Shown here: in pieces, positions 42,801-55,302 of the stretch
Position numbering within the stretch: the stretch's first letter is position 1
Layout of the letters: each line of letters starts with the position of its first letter
Assembly: GCA_000934665.2 (NCBI GenBank)
Contig: KZ538096.1
Span: 124,001 to 188,000, forward strand
Direction: 5' to 3'
Source of the DNA: Catajapyx aquilonaris
Taxonomy: Eukaryota
Length of the DNA: 64,000 nucleotides
The notes under the pieces: model-generated
Databases searched by the model: none
What the model saw: only the letters and a program-made list of their open reading frames with translations
What the model was told of the DNA's origin: nothing
Program-made: the position numbers and the translations under genes

Positions 42801-43659
42801 CCTAAGTTGCTTCCTGACTGTTATGAAGATGATACAAATACTGTATACATTGTACTGGTATACTGTCCTGTGGGTCATTTTTTCTCACGTCGCGTCGTGT
42901 CGTACCCAGTCAAGGAGAGAAAAGTTGTAAAACAAGAAAGAACTTATAAAATGCCAAAAACGGCAATTTTCTAATTCATCGGTCTGACTCGTGGGAATCT
43001 GGGATTCTCGTATAATAAACTGTGCAGTATATACTGTAGCAAACCATCTCTGGATAAAATTACTTTCAAATAGTATGTAATTTTAGGGGTAATTTTAAAT
43101 GATCCAAGTCGGCTCAAAAATGTTCAACAGATGTAGAATTATCAGTATATATACTCTTGGCCGTATTAAGCATTCCACTCTTGGATTACACGTCTAATCA
43201 TGTGTGATATTATCATGATTATTTGTCATTACGAGACAAAGTATTCAACACTTGATTACCACACCAGAAGAAAATGAGATGTAGTTGCATTTCTAGTGAA
43301 GGTTTGCCATTACCACATCCATTGAAAATGGATCAGTCCTGTACAATATCTTCACTGCAAGAAGTACACCTCGACTTGGTTTTTAAAATGTAAAGTTAAC
43401 AATTTTGGTATATCAGTAGCCTTTCATTCAAAATCAAAACCAAAATTATGGCTATACTGTATAGACATTTCTCCCCATGGATATGAATGTGCCGAAGGTT
43501 TTCATGTACAATAATAATTCAAAAATGTGGCAAGAGTAAGGATTTGAACATATCTTATTAAGATATTATTTATTTATTAATCCAGATTGTAATTAAAAAT
43601 AATCATACTAAGTTCCTGATAACACTGCAACAAAATTTCAACTTCTTTTGTCAATTGAA

Positions 43660-44767
43660 ATTCATCGCTATTTCCATGTTCCTTAGGTCACTCATACCTC
43701 AATAATGACCATACATTTTGTCTTCGATTTGTTTTTGACCTCTTGGCAGTCAAAAAACCAAATTCCTCAAAATATAGGGGTCATTCCGAATCAAGTCGGC
43801 TGAAATGTTGCTAGAACATCTCGGATTTTGGTGAAGAAAGTCACAGCTGTGCACACCTACGACAAAACGCCACATATCAAGTTTCATCCATATTGCGCAT
43901 TGCCATGATGAGGGAATAAATCTCGAAAATTTGAAAAAGACTGAAAATAAGGCCCCTTTTGGATAACATTTTTAAGTTAGTGGAAATGGTCAATACCCAA
44001 ATGAAGGAGAAACACGAGTAAAATGCGTCTATGGAATTATAGTTTTCATCTAAAACGTATAACTACTAGAAAAATGTGCGTGTCATTCCATTGGTCACAT
44101 GGTCAGTCACATACCGAAGAATTTTGACCCAAACAATTAGTGATGTACAAGTAATTTTATATTTTGTATTTGCGTAACATCCGTTACATTTGGTGGCAGG
44201 AGTTGTGACCCACACAAGGTTTAGTATATTCAGTTTGAAGTCTGGTTCATGCATGGTTCGCGAGAAAATAATAGATATGTTTCGTTAACTTTCAAGGACC
44301 CAAATTCTTGGACATGTGACTGAATGAATGCCACGCATATTATTCTGGTTACATCTTAAAGGAAGAGTAATTCCATAGTCGAATTCTCCCCTTGATTCTC
44401 TTTCATTTGATATGCATGTTTATTGGGTTTTGGCCACTTCCACTAACCTAAAAAAAATTGTCCAAAAAAGGCCTCATTTTCAGCCATTTTCAAATTTTCG
44501 CGATTTCCTCCCTCCTTACAGTATTACGAAATATGGATGAAACTTGATATGCGGCATTATGTCATTGGTTTGTACAGCAGCTGTGATTTCTTTCAGCCAA
44601 ATCCGAGATGGTATAGCAACATTTCTGTTCCACTTGATTACGAAAGACCCCTTTATTTTAAGGTATTAGGTTTTTTGACTGCCCAGAGGTCAAAAACAAA
44701 TCGAAAACAAAATGAATGGTCATCATGAGTTACGAATGACCTACGGAACATGGAAGTAGTGATGAAT
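43660..44767. mobile_element. Foldback element in the Dfd intron (about 440-bp imperfect arms)
   Basis: ATTCATC.CTA.TTCCATGTTCC.TAGGTCA...TTCGATTTGTTTTTGACCTCT.GGCAGTCAAAAAACC is mirrored at 44668-44767. The mirror continues inward to about 44100/44315. Confidence 0.85.
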
Positions 44768-45051
44768 CGTGTTGCATAGTGTAATTATTGTTGGCTTGAT
44801 ATTTTAAATGCCAATTGGAATTACTTTCCGTCCACATTCCACCATTCAGACGAGGGAGGATTTCAACACGAGGGTTAAACCAGGCTTTTAAAAAGTTGTA
44901 ACAGGTAAAAATATTTTAAGAGGCAACTTTTATTAGCAATAAACCTCTCTAAAATAGACAAATATGGTTATACCAATCAAAACAGGATTCAATGATACTT
45001 CATGGTAAAAGTAATCTTCGATGCGTAAAAAATTAATGATGGGAAGAAGTT

Positions 45052-45393
45052 TGGTAGGTGTGGTGGCCGAGATGGTAACGTCTCGGCTTGCTGAGTAAAA
45101 GGTCCCAGGTTCGATCTCCGCCTGGGAGTTCCCTTTCACCTGCGTCGGGAGGGTCTCTCACCTGCACCTTGGAAGTGTCTGGCAACCTAACCTCCTGGGG
45201 GACTGCACATGACCCAATTTGAGACAATGTACTTGCACCCGTGTCCTCTCCCCAAGAATCCCTATCCTTACCCTATGTCCTTGATTCCTTGCACCCGAAA
45301 CTGAAGAAAAACTACACCGTAGAAAAACTGATGGTGGTGTGCCACCCCCCTATAAGGGCTCAGCCCCATCACGGGGTAAAATTAAAAAAAAGT
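45052..45393 (+). mobile_element. tRNA-derived SINE, family A, copy 2
   Basis: A box TGGCCGAGATGG, B box GGTTCGATCTC, A-rich tail, and TSD ATGGGAAGAAGTT/ATGCGAAGAAGTT (45039-45051, 45394-45406). Confidence 0.88.
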
Positions 45394-47178
45394 ATGCGAA
45401 GAAGTTAAGTAGGTTACAATTATATAATTAACTCGTGCCATTAAAGGAACCCTTAATCCCTAATATTTACGGTATCAAATCTATAGCAAGTGCACGTACT
45501 GTGCCGTCTAATAGACGCTCATACTTAACTTGCCAAGTTTCCCTCCTGCCCAAGAGGATAGTATAGGGGAAGAAGTTATGGATTGTTTACCTCAGCATTC
45601 TTGACAAGCAAATGAAGCCTTGATTGTCGCTTCAACATGTTGTTTTTCTTTAAACCGATTGCTGAGGTAAACAATCCATAACTTCCTCCCCTACCATCCT
45701 CTTGGGCTGGGAACTTACGTGTTTCTAGCCTTAAGGAAATGAGGCTAGAAACACCCGGCACTGGAACATACTTCTGGTTGGATGTCGTTTTACATATTCT
45801 GGGCCGTGCACTATGACTTGCGCCAGTGGAAAGGGCCTCTGATCCCACGCCATCTAACCTTTCCTTACTGCGCATTGCTCAGTCCAAAAACGTTCCACAA
45901 CTGGCTCGTAAGCTCTGAATACATTGTTACTCAGCGAGCTTCTAGGCCATTCAGAGACGATCATCTATCTTGCCCTGGCATGTGAACATGCGACAATGCC
46001 ACAGGTCGGATTTACTAATCCTGAGAAACACTAAAGGGGGACTGTCTCGGATTCACATGAGAGCTAATCCAGATGTGGGAGAAAATATTAGTGCAATATA
46101 CTGTAGCCTGCTTTTTTATGATCTTTATGACTTGCACTGTACCTCAGCAACTTCTAATTAAACCAGTCAGCAAAGAGCACAAAGGTGAACGGTATCCGTA
46201 ATGAACTGTAGACTTCATTGTTGTTTAAATTTATCGATTTTTAATTAGCAGCTACCCAGAGTAATGATAAAAAGGCGAGAAGAGTCTGAACTTTGGGGCC
46301 AAGACGTTTTATGGGTGTAATGAAAACAACACTCTTGTTAGGAATAATATACTGTCTGTCAAACAAGTCACATGCTATATGAGCCGTTTTATGGTGTGAC
46401 TCCCTCTTGGTTTCAAAATATGTGGTTCTGTATATCGTTGGCATACAAGTGAAACACACCAAGACAAATTATGAAAGATTTGAGTTATTAGCTTTTTTCT
46501 GCTCTATCGCCTGGTGAGGTTCATTTAGTCCTAAAGATTCAAAAATGAGCCAAGAAGCCAGAATTTTTCGTATTCAAATTCGTATTCGAAGTTATATTGC
46601 TGAATGGATATTGTAAGCGAGGCAGTCATATAGTGAAGATTCGAGTCTGATTTTGGCGGAAGCAGACACCAAGAATCATCGTGGCAATTTTTTCCACCAG
46701 CAGTTTAGCCGCAATTCATGTGGAAATATCGTTGCTAGCTAAGGTAAAGAAGGGAAGTGAGCTATTACGTATCACTTTATCTGCCACCGTGTGTAAATGC
46801 AAGGAAGCAGCGATAAAAAATCTGGTTTTAGTCTATAGAATACACCGTGATATTACCTACAGTTGATGGCACATTATTTCAGTCGTCTATATACTATAGT
46901 CTTGCAGTTACTAATAGCTAAGAAACATAGTTCTATTACTGTTGCACTTATATTGTAACAATATTGCAAGTCCCACGATAATAATATTTACATTTTGCAC
47001 ATAAAAAGCAAGCGAAAATGGAGGATAATGATGACAAAGTGATTGATGAGCCCTTTCCCGACCAAATAGCAGTATACCAGGAAAAGTGAGGTAGACCAGT
47101 TTTAGTTTATGACCTGGAGGAGCTATATTGGCCTATTGTAAAGTTTCTTTCAAGGTAATAGACTACTCTACAATACAT

Positions 47179-47335
47179 GGTCGGCACGGTGGGATATAGT
47201 ACTTAGAGCAGCAGCCTTCCACGTGGGAGGTCACGAGTTCGATCACCGGATCGTACATAGGCCTTTTTCATGTAGGCCTTGAGTTCTCTGCGTGTTCGCG
47301 TGGCTTTTCTGAGGGTTTTCGTCCCATTTCCTTGG
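47179..47335 (+). mobile_element. Degenerate tRNA-derived SINE (5' part)
   Basis: tRNA-like head ending GAGGTCACGAGTTCGATCACCGG, followed by a SINE-core-like GCGTGGCTTTTCTGAGGGTTTTCGTCCCATTTCC. The 3' end is undefined. Confidence 0.55.
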
Positions 47336-49064
47336 GCAATCAAAATCCATCAAGTGCAGCAATATGGCTGGTCATCTGAAACGATTTTTGAGCTACTCCA
47401 CTGTATACAAAATCATGGATAGTATCGATGTGGAAAATCATTGTTCTTTGGGGTGTTGGAACAGGTTTCTTCGGACACCGGTACGCCAACAAAAACCAGA
47501 ACCTTAAATGGCAAGTACCTAAGGAGGCAGGACCAGAAATTTCAGCACTTTGCTTAATCAAGGGCCACATCAGGTTGGATACATTAACAGGTGTAATGGC
47601 TGTTATTAACTGTTGGCAACCTTTAGTAAACAATGAGTCACATCATTCATATATGAGAAATCTGTATCGTAGATGGTGCAATCGCCCCAAGTAACAGCAT
47701 GATTTAATAGTCGCCGCTATTACCAAATCGAATCTAGCCTACAGATTTTTATTACACCTACCCCGAAATATGTGATGTGACTCAAGTATTATTGCAATAA
47801 TTTTTAGCTTTACAAACTTATTTTATTTACTGCCTTATATTTCTAAACTGAGGTAATGTGCGAATGTGTGTCTATAGCATCTGAAAATTGAGATGTGTCG
47901 CTATAAAAATGCTATTATCGCTGTCTGTGGCAAGCGACAGTAGTTACGAACGCATTGTTGACGTTGGTTACTCATGGCAACACCTGCGGTCACCAACATT
48001 CAAATTTAGGAAAGTCGTATCTTCCTTTTGGAGGGTCAAAAAATTTCAGACTGTCTGACATGTTTCTTGAAGGTTATGTGATGTAAAACACACACACAAT
48101 TTCAAGTTGTAATTTTTAAGACAGTGGCCATTTCAGAAGCCACATTGTTATCATGGGTTAACATTCTTTCACGGACTGGTATTCTTTCTACCTAGCTCAA
48201 AAATATGTGTCACTAAGTCCTGTTGCACCACCTCCAGAAAACACTTTGGAGTTGGTAAAGACCCAGAGGAGCATTGCAGAAGAGTTGCTGACAACATTGC
48301 TGATAACAATAACAAGCTTTTCTGGCGCTTTTCCAGCCAAAGATGTTTCAGCAGTCAGACCCAATTCCGAAACTATGTTGTTGTAATAGCCATTCGAAAA
48401 TACTTACTTTCAACAGTCTTATCGGAAAGTCGGGTAACTGTACATTGAGAAGGGCGGCCTTCGGACGTCTACTTCTGTGCGGATTTTAAAACACCCATGT
48501 TATTGTTCTTCGTGGATACGACCAATCATTTCTCATTGATTAATTAAATAAAGCGCTTTTGATCTCCCGCAAAAAAAAATGTCCACGTCAATGTCTCGAA
48601 TTATATTTTCACACACCTGCAACAACAACATGCTTGAACTGACAACTGGTGCAAATCCTGCAATTTGTGCAATTTGTTTGCCACTTCATTGTGAATAATT
48701 GCCACGTGGTCTAGCGACCTTGGTCTGAGTCCTTCACCTTATCCTTTTACGCAGGGAATATTAAAGCCTACAGAGCGTTAAATTCAAAAGGCTGAACTCA
48801 ACTTTGAATGTGCATTTTTACACGATATTTTTAGTAACAATTTGCCCACAATGCTTCGATAATTTCCTATCGAGGTGGTAGTCACTCACAACTAAACCGT
48901 ACCTACCAATATGTTCGGTACGAAACAATGGCCGATTGTTGAATATGTCATACGTTACGTAGGTATGTGCAAAACAGTGACTTCCCCTTCGGTTTCAGTA
49001 TATAAAATAAGTTGAAAAATCAACATAACCGGCACAATATATCCCCCTCCATCTTTTCCGGCAG

Positions 49065-49597
49065 CCAACGGCAGCTTCCAGCCTGGAATGGAACCAAAAC
49101 GCCAAAGAACTGCCTACACCCGTCACCAAATCCTGGAGTTGGAGAAGGAGTTCCACTTCAACCGCTACCTGACCAGACGACGACGGATCGAGATTGCTCA
49201 CGCCTTGTGTCTTTCCGAGCGCCAGATCAAGATCTGGTTTCAGAACCGGAGGATGAAGTGGAAGAAGGACAATAAGTTGCCCAACACCAAGAACGTGCGT
49301 CGGAAAGCCAATCCGGCAGGGGTCAGTGGCGGCGGGGGTGGGGGAGGTGGCGGTGGTGGCGGTGGCGGTGGTGGTCAGCATGCGGCTTCGGCAACGAACG
49401 TACCCGTGTCCAACTCCTCCACTAACAACCAAACATCGGTTAACAACATGGGCAACTCGGCGCCATCCATGAACAACCAGTCACATATGACGCCGTCGCA
49501 TGCTCTCAGCCAAATCTCAGCGCTGACCCCGGTCAACTGTGCCCCTTCTCATCCGCCTTCAGCTATGAAGGCAGACTATGGACTCACGGCGCTGTAG
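49065..49597 (+). CDS. Dfd: Deformed/Hox4 coding exon 2 (homeodomain about 49094-49273)
   Basis: Pyrimidine tract plus GCAG acceptor ending 49064. Splicing gives ...[88 protein letters not shown] is diagnostic of Hox4/Dfd. The C-terminus is DYGLTAL-stop. The joined CDS is 1155 nt (384 aa). Confidence 0.97.
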
Positions 49598-51144
49598 GCC
49601 ACACCCGTGCATCTCCACCGGTGTTATTAACGTGGCGCCACAACTTTCAAGTGAAAATGGCCCTAGGATCACCGATGGAGGACACCTAAAAATGGACTGC
49701 GTGTGTTCCAAAGACATGTTTTTTTTCTCGTGTTCTTGTGTCATGTTCCTTACCAAGTCAGAGTATGGGCAAACCTGAGAATGCAAAAACTTATTTTAAA
49801 GAAAAAGAAAATACACGCACCAAGCTTCACTATTACTTTTTTCCACTCCTATGACGTGTGCAACGGTTCAAGTCGCAAATATGGCCGTCAGATTTCCTTT
49901 TCCCAAACAGAAAAAGGTCAATTTCATTGTCATGTGTGGAACCGTTGCGATCACATTTGGCGAACGGTGGTCGTGAAGCTTGTACATAACACTCTCGATC
50001 GCGCATGTAATACTACTTTATGAAGGTTCAAGCCTTATCTCAGGGGTTCATAATAGAAAATATTTTGTCACGTACTGCGTTATAGAGAGTGAGAGCGAGA
50101 GATAAAAAAAAAGAATAGAAAGAAGGTAAAAATAATAAAGAAGGCAGAAGGTTTGCCATACAGTATTCCCGACCCCTCATTTACACGGTGGGACAAAGTA
50201 CGAACTTGAAAAAGTGTGACAGTGTAATCGATTGGTGTATTTCTTGAATTGTGCTCAAAATCGCCATGTCAATCCAAAGAAGTTTCCGCTAAGTCGTGAT
50301 TGCTCACCCGAAGAGAACGAAATTGACGTAAAGCAAGATGCCAACAGACAGACAGGGCTTGACCATGATTGTCCCCCAACGCCTCCGGTATGTTGACACA
50401 TTTTGGCCATTTTTGTTGATCCCCCATTATGTTTTAATCCACTCCCGGTGGTCCGGGATCCACCGAATAAGAGTGACGTAACAGCATTATTGGGAATATT
50501 TCACCGCCACCCAAACTGGCTAGTGCATTACTTTTGTATGGGCGGCTATAAAAGAATTTTTATTCGTCCGTAATTGCTATCTGTCACCGATCAAATTATT
50601 CACATGGCTGCAACAGGCGGTGCCCCCGCAAGCATTAATTTTCCTTCTGCCCACAAGGGACATGGCACCGTGCAAAATTTCATTCTGACATCAATCCGCA
50701 TTGACAACCTTTGAAATCCTCTTTTCTCGGCCAGTTACAGCTGTTCCGTCAATTCCGTTATTGCAGCACGTATAGGCCACCTTGGTGACATGGAGAAAGT
50801 AGAACCCGCTAGTGACCCTGCAACAAATCAATCAGTGACCTGGCACTGTCCTAGGTTTATTGCTGGCTTGTTCGGGACACCGTTTGACTCCTGACCTGTA
50901 GTCATTAAGGAAACTTAAGCAGTCGGGAGCCGGAACTAAAGAGACAGCATAGCGGTTCTTACTTGGTCTCGTCGGGCATATAAATTGGTGGAAAAGTCTG
51001 GCGTTGATTAATTATTCGGACCACAAAGTGTGGAATGTGACCGGACATGTGGATGGATCAAGGGACCACACACTGTGATGGAATATTAGTGTGAGGCATT
51101 TACAGAACATAGGAGTTACCTTCAATCCCCTTCAAAAAAGCAGT

Positions 51145-51218
51145 GCTCTCATAGCTCAGCGGGTTAGAGCAACGGCCATAACAGCCGGAGGTCCCGGGTT
51201 CGACTCCTGGTGAGGGCA
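51145..51218 (+). pseudogene. Solo tRNA-like element or retroposed tRNA derivative, non-canonical anticodon loop
   Basis: 74-nt cloverleaf: GCTCTCA/TGAGGGC, GCTC/GAGC, CGGC-CATAACA-GCCG, CCGGG-TTCGACT-CCTGG. It is followed by A8 and has a flanking 9-bp direct repeat GTTACCTTC (51115, 51232). Confidence 0.7.
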
Positions 51219-53847
51219 CTACAAAAAAAAGGTTACCTTCCCTGCTTATACCATTTATTAGTTGACGTCGTTTTTTTTAGTACGAGGATCCTATTATTTA
51301 GCGATATCTTTGAAAAGTCACTTCGTAAAATTGATCCGACCGGGGCGGGAGGGTGGAAAATGCATTAGCATGCCTCTCATCTTCTCGACAAAGTTCTGAA
51401 AATGCCTTGACACTGATCTATTTATCGTCCTTTTTCCATTGTCATGATCACGCCTCCGGAGAGCGATCGTGCCACCTCCGATTACCCGTTTTGCGCACTC
51501 TGTAAAAATCCTCCAGCATTACAAACGAGACAACGTAAAATACCGTGTAACCCCATATGGAATTCTGTTCATTAAAACTCCTTTTTATTAATAATCTCAA
51601 AATGGTGTGCACCTTTTTACGCGTGGTAAATAGATAAATCTCTTCACGCTCTGTGGATCCTCCCATCATCATCATCATCTTGAGGCCAATAACAATCAAG
51701 TAAGCACACCTTGGTCCCCTCAGCGATGAAAATTGTTTCCTTTCTGGCCACACGGGCCTGAAATTTGCATGTCTGATGCGCTGGATATCACTTGGTCTTG
51801 TAGAAATTATCTACCGCATTTTTGTTAACCTATCAGTGCCATCTATTTACCACATTTTTTTTTGGTACCGGTAACAGAGTGTGCCACGATCCTCGAGTGC
51901 TATTGCCACATAATTACCCGGAACTAACGAGCTGTGTCATCCCCAGAATGGGCTTTCCTTAACCGGGAGTTTCCGTAAGTAGCTGTAACAATTGTGCTGT
52001 TTGGATTGAACGGGACGAAGGTTTGTAAAGCCGGCGGCACGAACTCGGCGTGCAAATTACACCAGCGCAATAAATTTTCTCCACCCTCGCCATTCCTCCC
52101 CCACTTCAACCCACTCCCCGGCCCTACTACCTGTTGAGTGAGGCGCGTTCAAACCTGACCAACCAAACGGATTGAATAAAAGATTACAAATTAAATGACA
52201 ATAAGGACCTATACGTGCTGCAATTAACAGTGGTGAACGATTTATGTGAAATAGTGTTATGTGCCCTCCCAATATAAATTACACCGGATGGTTTACTTGC
52301 GCAGCTATTGTAGTACTTATGGACGAAATGATCACTATCGGTTCACACTGCTGCTTTTTTTTTTGGACTAAAAATAAAATAAATAACCCTAGTCAACTAA
52401 TTTCGAGTGATGTGTAAAACGACACCGTGATGAGGAAGATGCACTGAGCGTTTTTATTTTTTAATTTCAGCAGTCCTATGTTGCGTTTCCAACAATATTG
52501 CGCAATGTCCAAAGGTCCAAATTGCCCGATGACTAATCAATGGTTACTTCCTTCTGTATAGAGAATGATTGGGATTGAAGGCCAGTTGTACCCGAAGGTC
52601 ATTTTCGAAACGTTGAACGTCACTCCTGAGCGAAATATGTTACAGGGCAATAAAAATTTCACACCTTCATATTATCCCATTTGCTTCTCTCTTTTTTTTC
52701 ATCGGACGTTGTGTAACTTGTCATATAACACACAAAAATACGTACATGTGGTTCGGGACCGCACAGGGTATTGCTGTACGACGAGTCTAAGCCACTGTGC
52801 AAGTTATTTTCGTATACCAGAATAAAAATGGAAAAATTACCACTTTTAGTCCAATTCATCTGGGCCTGTTTTTACACACAAAAATGGACGCAAAAACGCC
52901 TGCAAAAAAATTTCCCCCTTTCTTCGACGGCCCTCCTTGGCAAAGTACGAAATCAAAACAAGTGAAAATACATCAGTTGAAACTTTTCACGAAGTCAGTG
53001 CGTCTCTTATCTGTGTGTATAATTGAGGAATCTGACAGTATTTGCTGTGTTGGGAGGAGTAATAAATTTTAAACGTTTTTTATGCCATGTTTTTACTTCC
53101 TTTCTTAACTACTTGTTTCCTGACAATTGTTTTTCATCCGACTTGTGAGATCGTTGATGTCAAAGGTATAGGTACGACAACAAACATCACTTGGATGATC
53201 AGCAGGTAAGCTTTTCAGGACGCACAAAAAACTTATCCAAAATCGGATTAAGAAAGTTCTTATGGAAGAACCTGAAATTCGGTTCTACACTATTTTTTTT
53301 ACATGCTTCTGTCATCATTTTAGCATGATTTGAAATCATTTCTGGAATAAATTCTAGAAAGGATTTCAAACACATTTAATGTATCTCAAGAATGACCATT
53401 AGAGCAATGCTGGTCTCATGGATAGAGAGAGAAAAAAATATATATAAACCGCCACGACATCTCTCCAAGCCTGAAATCAGCATTAGTTATGGACCACCCG
53501 CCATGATGGCTCAAGCGTCACAGATCTCGAGCACACGAAACCAGCAGTATCCTACGACCAATTTAGACTGGCACCTGGAAAGGTCGCGCTTTGTGATGTT
53601 GGACTTGTCTATTTCTTAACTGAGTGGCGATATATGCTTCAGATAGGTCTTGGTGGGGGTGGATAGATCATTGTTGGTCTCCGATATACAACTGGAAATA
53701 GACATGTCCGAAATGAGGAAAAATAATATAAAGTAATCCATGCAATTTGCATATAATAAGAAAGCCTAGAAAAATGTTGGTTCCTTAAGGTGACCTTATC
53801 ATGCATTATTCCATTCCTAAGCCAATGAAATAAATTCTGGAAAAATA

Positions 53848-54043
53848 CAGGGTGACCCAAAATTCTGGACACATAGGTAATTATATTGTGGGTTGGTACA
53901 ACTAGCAGGTTGTTGACAATCAGTAGCTTAAGGTTGTGTTGATGTCTTAGATAAAATGACTGCCTTTAAGAACACACCTTGTACCCCAAGAACTCAACCT
54001 TTACTGACTGTCAACAACCTGCCAGTTGTGCCAACCACATAAG
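53848..54043. mobile_element. Truncated mariner-type MITE related to 15474-15654
   Basis: TA|CAGGGTGACCCAAAATTCTGGACACATAGGTAA matches the reverse complement of the 15654 end. There is an internal inverted repeat at about 53888-54039. The right TIR was not found. Confidence 0.5.
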
Positions 54044-54936
54044 TTGTCAACATGACATTGTCGCGTAGGCATGTTGGCCAACTCTTTACTGGTTTAACTT
54101 CCATTTCAAAATATTCAGCGCAAGAATAAAGAATTTATTTCTGGATCAAAAATTCCCTTTGATTACTCGAGGGATATTTGCTAAGAAATAAAGGCTCTAA
54201 TAAATCCGAACTCCCGTGTGTCATTTTTAACTAAAATGGTGAACATGACATGTTCACCATTTTAGTTCAATAAGTGGTCAATCGGTAGTTCAATAAGTGG
54301 GCAATAAGTGGTGGTCCACATTGTGGACCACCACTTATTGCCCATTGCTTCTGAATTACCCAAGGTCTATCCTCACTAACACAGTTGATGTCCTAGACTA
54401 CGCCCTTGCCATAGGCAGTTCTTTTTATCGGCAATCAATAAAGGTGGTGACTCTGTATTCAGACATATACATCGGTATAGAATAAGCTTCGAAGGCAAAA
54501 CTCATCAGTGACCTATATTATAGATTGCCGATATCACCATTTCAGCATCCTCAAAATGGTACTACGTATGTAACCGCAGTCCGGCTCACCTTTTACACAG
54601 TGCACTCAATGGAGATAATAATTCCAGCCATTTTAACAGGTGCTTATTATTGGTTATCTCAATATGGAACATTTACAGGCCATGGCCACTACATATTTTT
54701 ATTTAAGCTATACATACGACTGGACGAATAAAAAGAAGAAATATCTCACTCCATCAGCAGGAATGCTGCCCATAAACCGACAAATGCATTGTGGTATTAC
54801 TGACTAAAAATAATGCAGAAGCATGAAAGAAATATGTAATTTAAAATTCCTCTAAACATGCCATTACAAGTTTATTGTCAATCCAATGAAACAGTAAATG
54901 TCATTTACGACTACACTTGGAAGCAATAAAATATTG

Positions 54937-55057
54937 GTGCGGATATCACTTGTTTAGCTGTGTTAGTAATGAATAATAATTATTGCCGAAAGGAGTCACT
55001 CCTTTCGGCAATAATTATTATTCATTACTAACACAGCTAAACAAGTGATATCCGCAC
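54937..55057. repeat. Perfect palindrome, 60-bp arms, 1-nt centre
   Basis: GTGCGGATATCAC...GAAAGGAGT-C-ACTCCTTTC...GTGATATCCGCAC, checked base by base. Confidence 0.97.
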
Positions 55058-55302
55058 TGTTTGAAGCGTTGATTTGCGAAACGATCAGTGGTGTTTAGTT
55101 TTATATCAAGTTATGCTAAATACAGCTTCTTAATTAAATGTTTTTAAAAACGCACCTCATATTTGAAAAATGGAGTCTTCAAACCCTGATATTTTACATC
55201 ATTCCTATGCATTTCAGGTCTTCATATAAATTATATGTTAACTCGCGTCTTTGTTGCAATGCAATAATAATATTTCTTAAAATCGAGTAGAAATATCTTT
55301 TA

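Noticed and set aside
48995..49432. Antisense and alternate-frame ORFs over the homeobox and exon 1
   Set aside because: These are typical shadow ORFs of GC-rich Hox coding sequence.
51000..51144. MALAT1-type triple helix upstream of the tRNA-like element
   Set aside because: The A-rich tract CAAAAAAGCA is present, but the two required U-rich motifs are not visible upstream.
51145..51218. Functional tRNA-Leu(TAA) or tRNA-Met
   Set aside because: It has A33/C37, no long variable arm, and CAT is not centred in the loop.
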